A DNA stretch of 24,740 nucleotides from a virus. Lineage: Duplodnaviria; Caudoviricetes. The translations under genes and the position numbers were made by a program. The notes beneath the pieces were generated by a model, which was given only the letters and a program-made list of their open reading frames with translations, was not told where the DNA came from and made no database searches. The stretch is taken from positions 1-24,740 of the IMG/VR virus record IMGVR_UViG_3300031683_000036; one strand, given 5' to 3'. The first letter of the stretch is position 1, and every line of letters starts with the position of its first letter. Below are positions 6,426-13,488 of the stretch, piece after piece.

Positions 6426-6858
6426 AAGGATAAGCGAGTTAAAGTTTGCAGAGTATAATCCACGAACGATTAACAAGAAGCAATTTAAGGATTTAAAAGC
6501 AAGTTTAAAGAAGTATAGTTTAATTGATCCAATCATTATAAACTCTTCTAAGGATAGAGAGAACATTATCATAGGAGGGCATCAACGCTCACGTGCTTGG
6601 CTTGAATTAGGAAACGATACAATATTATGCGTAGTGTTGGACTTATCTTTAGCAGATGAGATGGAGCTTAATTTACGCTTGAATAAAAACGGTGGTAAAT
6701 TTGACGATGATTTACTCTTGAACTATTTCGATGAAGAACTATTATTTGAGGTAGGTTTTACAGTAAACGATTTGAATATTAACCTCGACAAGTACGAAGA
6801 CAATACTTTAGCAGAAGAAACTAAAGATGTTTGTGAGTGCTGTGGAGAAAAACTTTAA
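6409..6858 (+). CDS. ParB/Srx N-terminal domain protein
   Basis: LKFAEYNPRTI...LKASL..Y...DPIIIN....IIGGHQR..AW..LG; C-terminal CECCG. Confidence 0.8.
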   Translation: MKIESRRISELKFAEYNPRTINKKQFKDLKASLKKYSLIDPIIINSSKDRENIIIGGHQRSRAWLELGNDTILCVVLDLSLADEMELNLRLNKNGGKFDDDLLLNYFDEELLFEVGFTVNDLNINLDKYEDNTLAEETKDVCECCGEKL

Positions 6859-6860
6859 CT

Positions 6861-6941
6861 ATGACAACACCAATAATAATATTTTTTACAGTAGTATTCA
6901 CCTCGATATTGGTGGAGAAGTATATCAGACAGAATCCGTAA
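6861..6941 (+). CDS. Small membrane peptide (26 aa)
   Basis: MTTPIIIFFTVVFTSILVEKYIRQNP; fills the gap exactly and has a TAATG overlap with the HNH gene. Confidence 0.5.
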   Translation: MTTPIIIFFTVVFTSILVEKYIRQNP

Positions 6942-7207
6942 TGCGTAAACACACCAAAATATATCTAGAGTTCTTTAACTTTGATGAGTTGGATTATATC
7001 CCTTGCGAGGTATGTCATTCACCTGCTCAAGACATTCACCACATCGAGGCTCGTGGCATGGGAGGTAGTAAGTTAAAGGATTACATCGGTAATCTACAAG
7101 CAGTGTGCAGACCTTGCCACATCAAGTACGGAGATAAAAAACAATTCAAGGATATGCTAGTAGAAATACATTTAAACTATATGGAAAAGTATGGAAAACA
7201 AGACTAA
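6941..7207 (+). CDS. HNH endonuclease (packaging-region type)
   Basis: ATG at 6941 preferred; CEVC...DIHHI..RGMGG.....NLQAVCRPCH. Confidence 0.85.
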   Translation: MRKHTKIYLEFFNFDELDYIPCEVCHSPAQDIHHIEARGMGGSKLKDYIGNLQAVCRPCHIKYGDKKQFKDMLVEIHLNYMEKYGKQD

Positions 7208-7430
7208 GATGCTTCAAGCAAAGTTAGAACATCAATTACGAAACACAGTTAGGGAAACATCAAGAGAACCTAATTTGATTGTTATGCATCCATTAACTTG
7301 GACTTACCTTATACATGAAGTTACTTTACACATGAGGTTAGGTGTATATATGCAAGACTCAAACCTTATGTATAGAGGAATTAAAGTTCGTAGGAGTTTA
7401 GATATGAATGAGGGCGAATTTGAAATGTAG
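7191..7430 (+). CDS. Hypothetical protein
   Basis: 79-aa ORF overlapping the HNH stop. Confidence 0.6.
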   Translation: MENKTKMLQAKLEHQLRNTVRETSREPNLIVMHPLTWTYLIHEVTLHMRLGVYMQDSNLMYRGIKVRRSLDMNEGEFEM

Positions 7431-7434
7431 AAGT

Positions 7435-8070
7435 ATGGAAATTAGCAACGAGTGCAACATGGAACTAATGGCTAGGTATGAAGATAATCACTTTGATTTG
7501 GCTATCGTGGATCCTCCTTATGGTGGTAATGATGCGATAGGTTTAAAAGATAACACATCGAAAAACAAACAAGCAACAAAAAGAACTGACTACAGTGTAT
7601 TTGAAAATATTGCTCCATCAGCTGAATATTTCAACGAATTAAAAAGAGTATCAAAAAACCAAATAATTTGGGGAGTAAATTTTTATAGTAATTTTGATTT
7701 ATCTGGCGGTCGTTTATGTTGGGATAAAAAAGGGACTGCGTTTGGTCGTGCTGAACTTGCCTATCTATCTATGACTAAAAGCGTAAATATTTGTGAAATT
7801 ACTTGGAACGGAATGATTCAGCACGACATGAAGAACAAAGAGCAACGAATACACCCTACACAAAAACCAGTCAAATTATACGAATGGCTTTTAATGAACT
7901 ACGCAAAGCAAGGAGACAAAATACTCGACACACATCTAGGAAGTGGCTCAATAGCTTTAGCGTGTCATAATTTAGGATTTGATTTAACGGCTTGTGAATT
8001 AGATAAAGAGTATTTCGATGCTAGTCAGAAGCGTTTAAAGCAACATCAATCACAATTAAGGATGTTATAA
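7435..8070 (+). CDS. DNA N6-adenine/N4-cytosine methyltransferase (beta class)
   Basis: DPPY catalytic motif precedes HPTQKP and the SAM-binding ILDTHLGSGS. ATG at 7435 preferred. Confidence 0.9.
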   Translation: MEISNECNMELMARYEDNHFDLAIVDPPYGGNDAIGLKDNTSKNKQATKRTDYSVFENIAPSAEYFNELKRVSKNQIIWGVNFYSNFDLSGGRLCWDKKGTAFGRAELAYLSMTKSVNICEITWNGMIQHDMKNKEQRIHPTQKPVKLYEWLLMNYAKQGDKILDTHLGSGSIALACHNLGFDLTACELDKEYFDASQKRLKQHQSQLRML

Positions 8071-8071
8071 A

Positions 8072-8431
8072 ATGAAAGAAACTGAAGAACAGAATCGCAC
8101 TAAATTAGCTAAAGTGCAGATGCTTAAAGCATTAGAGAAAACGCTTGGAATTGTTACAGGTGCTTTGAAGATAGCTGAAGTAGGTAGGTCGCAGTATTAC
8201 AAGTGGTTAAGGGATGATGAAGCCTTCGCTGCTAAGGTTAAGGCAATGGATAACCTAGTACTTGACTTCGCAGAGAGCAGTTTAATGAAGCAGATTAAAG
8301 ATGGTAATCATTCAAGTACTCAATTCCTTTTAAAGAACAAAGGGAAAATTAGAGGGTACGGTGATAAGTTAGATATTACCAGTAATGACGAAACGATTAA
8401 AATACATATAGACCTTGGAGATAAGTCCTGA
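8072..8431 (+). CDS. Putative terminase small subunit (HTH)
   Basis: LKALEKTLGIVTGALKIAEVGRSQYYKWLRDDEAF HTH; sits immediately upstream of TerL. Confidence 0.75.
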   Translation: MKETEEQNRTKLAKVQMLKALEKTLGIVTGALKIAEVGRSQYYKWLRDDEAFAAKVKAMDNLVLDFAESSLMKQIKDGNHSSTQFLLKNKGKIRGYGDKLDITSNDETIKIHIDLGDKS

Positions 8432-9725
8432 ATTTACGAGTAAGCAAAAGGATTGTTTACGCTACCTATTCGATGATTCCACTAATGAGGTGCTATTTGG
8501 TGGTGCTGCTGGAGGTGGTAAGTCTTGGGTAGGTTCTGCTTGGCTTGTAACTATGTGTTTAAGGTATCCTAAGACACGATACTTAATGGGAAGGTCTAAG
8601 TTAGATGCATTAAAGAAGACTACGTTAAACACGTTCTTTGAGGTGTGTGGTGCTTGGGGTTTAAAGAGTGGGGAACATTATACTTTCAACGGTTCATCTA
8701 ACATCGTTACATTCAAGAACGGTTCAGAGATAATACTTAAAGATTTATTCTTATACCCATCAGATAGAAACTTCGATAGTCTTGGTTCATTAGAGATTAC
8801 AGGGGCATTCATTGATGAGGTGAATCAAGTAACATACAAGGCTGTAAATGTAGTGCAGTCTAGAATCAGATACAAGCTAGATGATTACGGAATCATTCCA
8901 AAGCTTCTAATGACTTGCAACCCTGCTAAGAATTGGGTTTACACAGAGTACTACAAACCTGCTCAATTAGGTACATTAAAAGACTACCGTAGATTTATCC
9001 CTTCATTAGTAACAGACAATAAATTTATATCAAAGCATTATGAGAAGCAGTTATCGAAGCTTGATGAAGTTTCTAAACAGCGTTTACTATTTGGAAACTG
9101 GGAATACGATGCCTCAAGTGATTCACTTATTAACTACGATAGCATCTTAAACCTATTCGATAACAAAGGAGCGGAAGGCGAGAAGTACATCAGTTGTGAT
9201 GTTGCTCGTATGGGAGAGGATAAGTCTGTAGTGATGTTGTTCGAAGGGCTTCAGGTAGTAATGATTAAGACGTTTGATAAGAATACGATTACAGAGTTAG
9301 CTGAATACATTAGAGAACTACAGAAGAATCACCAAGTTAAGCTGTCTAATATTATAGTCGATAGTGATGGTGTTGGTGGTGGGCTTCAAGATGTACTCAG
9401 ATGCAAGGGGTTCATTAACAACGCATCACCAATTAAGAAGGAGAACTTTCAGAACCTTAAAACTCAATGCTATTATAAACTTGCAGACTTAATTAATAAA
9501 GGGCAGATAGGTATAACCATTAGAGATGTAGATACACGCAAACACATCACAGAAGAACTAGAGCAGGTTAGAACTAAGGACATAGATAAGGACGGAAAGC
9601 TGAAGATAGTACCTAAGGACGTGGTTAAGTCTGTGATAGGTCGTTCTCCTGATTACTCCGATGCTTTAGCGATGAGAATGTTTTATGAGGTTAAGCCTAA
9701 AGTTGGAAGGTATGCAGTTAGGTAA
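8415..9725 (+). CDS. terL: Terminase large subunit
   Basis: Walker A GGAAGGGKS, Walker B GAFIDE, motif III TCNP; nuclease motifs CDVAR.G.D, DSDGVGGG, RSPDYSDA. TTG start. Confidence 0.95.
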   Translation: MEISPEFTSKQKDCLRYLFDDSTNEVLFGGAAGGGKSWVGSAWLVTMCLRYPKTRYLMGRSKLDALKKTTLNTFFEVCGAWGLKSGEHYTFNGSSNIVTFKNGSEIILKDLFLYPSDRNFDSLGSLEITGAFIDEVNQVTYKAVNVVQSRIRYKLDDYGIIPKLLMTCNPAKNWVYTEYYKPAQLGTLKDYRRFIPSLVTDNKFISKHYEKQLSKLDEVSKQRLLFGNWEYDASSDSLINYDSILNLFDNKGAEGEKYISCDVARMGEDKSVVMLFEGLQVVMIKTFDKNTITELAEYIRELQKNHQVKLSNIIVDSDGVGGGLQDVLRCKGFINNASPIKKENFQNLKTQCYYKLADLINKGQIGITIRDVDTRKHITEELEQVRTKDIDKDGKLKIVPKDVVKSVIGRSPDYSDALAMRMFYEVKPKVGRYAVR

Positions 9726-9756
9726 ATTCTAATATGTTAAAAATAATCACAATTAG

Positions 9757-9787
9757 TTTGGTGTTCTATTAATTTGTAGTATATTTG
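9757..9787 (+). promoter_or_regulatory. Consensus Bacteroidota housekeeping promoter
   Basis: TTTG(9757-9760)-N19-TATATTTG(9780-9787), followed by hairpin TATCGC-AATGAA-GCGATA at 9791-9808. Confidence 0.85.
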
Positions 9788-9824
9788 TCCTATCGCAATG
9801 AAGCGATAACCTAACCACAACGCT

Positions 9825-10088
9825 ATGAGCTTTACTTTAAACTATACTTACAACGCTAATAACTTCTCACAAGACTTTGAAACATTATTAGAAGCTACTA
9901 CAGAACTTGAAAGAATAGGTGGTGATGCTTATGTAATGTTTACTACTAACAACGACTGGACGTTCAACTATAAGATCCAAGCTAACGAAGTGGTTTTCTC
10001 TGTAGGTAAGTCGGATCTTTACAAAGGATCTAAATTTGGAACTATAGGGCACTTAAGACATATGATATTAACACAAGGGATTGCGTAG
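9825..10088 (+). CDS. Moron-like hypothetical protein (87 aa)
   Basis: Has its own host-type promoter and lies between terL and the tail genes; no motif recognised. Confidence 0.7.
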   Translation: MSFTLNYTYNANNFSQDFETLLEATTELERIGGDAYVMFTTNNDWTFNYKIQANEVVFSVGKSDLYKGSKFGTIGHLRHMILTQGIA

Positions 10089-10109
10089 TATTAATTAATT
10101 GTATATAAA

Positions 10110-10140
10110 TTTGGTAGTTCAATATATTGTTTTATCTTTG
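10110..10140 (+). promoter_or_regulatory. Consensus Bacteroidota housekeeping promoter (sRNA C)
   Basis: TTTG(10110-10113)-N19-TATCTTTG(10133-10140). Confidence 0.85.
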
Positions 10141-10144
10141 TAGG

Positions 10145-10200
10145 GAACTAAAATAAACGCTCCCTCGATTGTAAGGCTCTCCAAACGGAGGGCTTTTTTT
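10145..10200 (+). ncRNA. Candidate antisense sRNA C (body ~10145-10172 + terminator 10173-10200)
   Basis: Perfect promoter, no + strand ORF, stem AAGGCTCTCC/GGAGGGCTTT in a T7 run. Body carries AAACGCTCCCT, complementary to 1473-1483. Confidence 0.65.
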
Positions 10201-10212
10201 GTTTATAGTTAT

Positions 10213-10238
10213 ACAAAACAAACAATTTAAGATTATTA
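10213..10238 (+). promoter_or_regulatory. Candidate late promoter (phage sigma)
   Basis: ACAAAA-N14-TTATTA; identical spacing recurs at 20276-20301. Confidence 0.45.
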
Positions 10239-10243
10239 AATAG

Positions 10244-10846
10244 ATGAAGTTAAACATTCCAACAGACTTGAGTGAGATTACATTAGGGCAACTACAATCT
10301 CTGACTAAATTAGAGGCTAGTGAACTGAATGAACTCGAACTACAGAAGCAAACGATTGAGCTGCTAACCAATGCAGACAGGGGTATTATAGATCAGATTA
10401 AGTTAAACGACTTGAATGATGTGTATAGTAAACTGCTAGGTTTATCCAAGTCAAGCGATAAACTACACCAACTTATTTCAATTAATGGGGTGCAATATGG
10501 ATTTCACCCTAACCTTTCAGAGATAAGTACGGGTGAATTTGCTGATTTAGACACCCTATGCCAAGACTTTAACGACAATTTGCACCTTATTATGGCGATA
10601 TTATACAGACCTGTAGAGAAAGAAGCTGCTGGTAAGTATAGTATTGAGGCTTATGACGGTGATGTAGATGAAAGAGCTAGGTTATTCAGGAAGAATATGA
10701 AGGCAAATGTAGTTAATTCTGCATTAGTTTTTTTTTGGACTATCGGAAACGACTACTTGAGAGATTCGCTAACCTCTTTACAGGAGGAACAGGCGACCAA
10801 AAGCAGCAAAGCTTCGGTAAGAAGTGGGGTTGGTATTCAATACTAA
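10244..10846 (+). CDS. Putative tail assembly chaperone (G-like, frame 0)
   Basis: IP.DLSEITLGQ...YGFHPNLSEISTGEFADLD...LHLIMAILYRP; the VFFW codons carry a T9 slippery run. Confidence 0.65.
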   Translation: MKLNIPTDLSEITLGQLQSLTKLEASELNELELQKQTIELLTNADRGIIDQIKLNDLNDVYSKLLGLSKSSDKLHQLISINGVQYGFHPNLSEISTGEFADLDTLCQDFNDNLHLIMAILYRPVEKEAAGKYSIEAYDGDVDERARLFRKNMKANVVNSALVFFWTIGNDYLRDSLTSLQEEQATKSSKASVRSGVGIQY

Positions 10847-10959
10847 TGAGTTTATGTAGTGAAGATTTATTAAAGTTAGATGAAGCTACAAAGATAAGCA
10901 TAGAACAAGCGTTTACCTTCATGAGTTACAAACGAGATCAAGACAGAATAAAGAAATGA
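10729..10959 (+). CDS. -1 frameshift extension of the tail chaperone (GT-like C-terminus)
   Basis: T TTT TTT heptamer at 10729-10735. The -1 frame opens after TAA at 10714-10716, reads FFLDYRKRLL...KKWGWY..., and ends in an ATGA overlap with the next gene. Confidence 0.7.
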   Translation, partial: FFLDYRKRLLERFANLFTGGTGDQKQQSFGKKWGWYSILMSLCSEDLLKLDEATKISIEQAFTFMSYKRDQDRIKK

Positions 10960-11411
10960 AAACATTCAAAGCAGTAGTAAACCAATTTAAGGATATTTGT
11001 GAAGCACATAAACAGCTGAACTCTTTTTCCTTTGGTGATATATTCGAAGTAGATTTAAGTAATGAGATGAACTTTGCAAAGGCTCATTTAATAGAGCAAC
11101 CTGCAACGATAAACAATAGAGATTTCGTATTCACGTTTGACTTGCTTGTTATGGATTTAGTGGCAGCAGATGGCTCTAATGAACCCGATGTATTGAATGA
11201 CACCTTCTTGATAGTATCAGACATTTATAGAGAGTTTAAAAACGGTATAGCAAAATCAACTTCACCGATGACTTCTAGAGATTTCGTGGTAAGTGATAGT
11301 ATAACCTGTGAACCATTTACAGACAGGTTTGAGAATCTATTAGCAGGTTGGAAGGCAACTATCTCAATTACAGTACCATCACACAATAACGCTTGTAACA
11401 GTCCAATTTAA
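10956..11411 (+). CDS. Putative tail completion/terminator protein
   Basis: 151-aa acidic, beta-rich protein in the tail block; call is based on size and position. Confidence 0.5.
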   Translation: MKTFKAVVNQFKDICEAHKQLNSFSFGDIFEVDLSNEMNFAKAHLIEQPATINNRDFVFTFDLLVMDLVAADGSNEPDVLNDTFLIVSDIYREFKNGIAKSTSPMTSRDFVVSDSITCEPFTDRFENLLAGWKATISITVPSHNNACNSPI

Positions 11412-11935
11412 TGGCTGCATTTGATTATGATAAAACAAATAAAGCCTTGCGAAAGTTTGGTCTTGATGTCGTTATTCGTGCTGCAAGTTTATTACAATCT
11501 AGAAAGCGTGGTTACGATACTGGTCGTCTGTATAAGTCAATGGACTCAGACCTTCAAGTAGCAGCGAATAGCATCAGTTTAAAATTCAAGATGGAAGATT
11601 ACGGTCTTGCGATTGATAAAGGTAGAAAGCCAAGTAGTTCAGGAAGTGGTTCTGAATTATACCCTAAGATATTAGAATGGGTAAAGAGGAAAGGGTTAAG
11701 GCCTAGAAACTCAAAAGGTCAGTTTCAGGCTTGGAAGAATAAAGAAAAACAACAACGAGGTATTGCATATGTAGTAACTCGAAAGATAAATAGATTTGGA
11801 TATGAAGGAACTAACTTCTTTACTGACGCGTTTGCAATGAAGTATAAGAAGCTTCCTCGAGTATTAGTAAAAGCTTTTGGATTAGATGTAGAATCTTTTC
11901 TATCTCAAACAATAGACGAAGTAAATAAAAAGTAA
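11411..11935 (+). CDS. Putative neck/tail-completion morphogenesis protein (HK97 gp10-like)
   Basis: Basic protein with DTGRLYKSM, YGLAIDKGRKP, ILEWVKRKG and G..GTNFFT motifs. Confidence 0.55.
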   Translation: MAAFDYDKTNKALRKFGLDVVIRAASLLQSRKRGYDTGRLYKSMDSDLQVAANSISLKFKMEDYGLAIDKGRKPSSSGSGSELYPKILEWVKRKGLRPRNSKGQFQAWKNKEKQQRGIAYVVTRKINRFGYEGTNFFTDAFAMKYKKLPRVLVKAFGLDVESFLSQTIDEVNKK

Positions 11936-13488
11936 TGGCAACAACGGTAACAAGTCCTAACTATTGGACGCTAACATTAACGAGTAATACTGCAAGTACA
12001 TTCAACTTCAAATTTGTGGTTGATATAACTATCGGCGGTGTTGTAGTAGCTCGTATTAAACAACCTAAGAACATCAACGGTTCAGCTCATATGTCTTTTG
12101 AAAAGATAGTGAAGAACTACATTGATATATCTCAGAAGCATAAGAATACAATTACAGGTACTCAATACGATTCTATTCACTTGATGCCACAAAACATACC
12201 TAACCCAAGCGGTTCTACATTCAATGACTATATTGCTTCTAAAAATAGTGGCGACCTTAGAACGGTTCTGTTTGAGTTCTATGAAGAGTATTCAAGTACA
12301 TCAGGAGGAGCTATTACGGTAAACGCTTCAGGTGCTTCTGATATTACTAAAGCATTAATTAACTTTGCAGATAGCTGGGAGGATCAAAAGACGTTTGACT
12401 TGACTAAGTTTGATTTTGATGCACAAGCAACACCTTCACAATTCATTACTGATAGACCAACGGATACCACAAATCAAAACGATTTAGAAGGTAAGATAGC
12501 ACAATTAACGAGTGCGAATGACTACCAGACTATGGCGTTGTTCAATGAAGATTCTACCTACTTCAATACTGAAAATGGTAGATTCTTGTATAAGTTTTAT
12601 GAAGATAAACCTGATACTTATGGAGCAAACGATAACCATGTAGGTATTATATCGGTACAGAATAATAGTGCAGCTGGTTCGGAAACACCATCATCATCTA
12701 ATACAGAAGATGAGTACTTAATTTACTTAGCTTGTGGTGGTGCTAACGTTATGAATATGAAATACGATTTGTATGGAGGATACCAACCAACGGCAAGCAT
12801 TAAATATTATACTATTCAATATATAAATACAACTCATACGGCTAGTACTACTCGCATCACTTCAGCAGAAATAAAACAAGGCGAATATATACAGATAATA
12901 ACGGTAGGAACAACTGATTATACAACGATAGGTGCTGCTGATAATAATGTAGGAACTCTATTCTACGCAACAGGATCAACTGTGGGTACTGGAATAAGTC
13001 GAGCGTATGAATACGCACATTTATCTAAAACATACTTATTTGAAATGGTAAGCGATGCAAATTGCAACTCATCAAAATACGCAGGTAAGAATTTAGCTTG
13101 GAAGAATAAGTATGGTGTTTGGGATTACTACTATTTCGATGGGGCTTCATCTGATAAAGAGAACTTTAAGCGTTCAACACAGAGAGAGAATGTGGCAGGT
13201 TCATGGAATGCTACAGCGTTCACAATAGATACGTTTGAGCGTGGAAGGATTGACAAGGTAGAAGGTAATAAACTAACCACCATCAATACTAGATACATCG
13301 GCGAGGAATGGAACGAGCATTTCAAAGGCTTACTTATGAGCAACGAAGTACAAATTATCGAAGGAGGTAAGTCTTATCCTGTAAATATTAAGAACAACGC
13401 TTTAGATATTAAGACTAATCTAAACGATAAGCTAGTTCAGTACACATTCAATTATGAATATTCACACGCATTAAAATCTAGGGTTTAA
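11935..13488 (+). CDS. Tail structural protein (distal-tail-like)
   Basis: 517 aa, S/T-rich; C-terminal WKNKYGVWDYYYF...LLMSNEV domain; translationally coupled to its neighbours. Confidence 0.55.
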   Translation: MATTVTSPNYWTLTLTSNTASTFNFKFVVDITIGGVVVARIKQPKNINGSAHMSFEKIVKNYIDISQKHKNTITGTQYDSIHLMPQNIPNPSGSTFNDYIASKNSGDLRTVLFEFYEEYSSTSGGAITVNASGASDITKALINFADSWEDQKTFDLTKFDFDAQATPSQFITDRPTDTTNQNDLEGKIAQLTSANDYQTMALFNEDSTYFNTENGRFLYKFYEDKPDTYGANDNHVGIISVQNNSAAGSETPSSSNTEDEYLIYLACGGANVMNMKYDLYGGYQPTASIKYYTIQYINTTHTASTTRITSAEIKQGEYIQIITVGTTDYTTIGAADNNVGTLFYATGSTVGTGISRAYEYAHLSKTYLFEMVSDANCNSSKYAGKNLAWKNKYGVWDYYYFDGASSDKENFKRSTQRENVAGSWNATAFTIDTFERGRIDKVEGNKLTTINTRYIGEEWNEHFKGLLMSNEVQIIEGGKSYPVNIKNNALDIKTNLNDKLVQYTFNYEYSHALKSRV

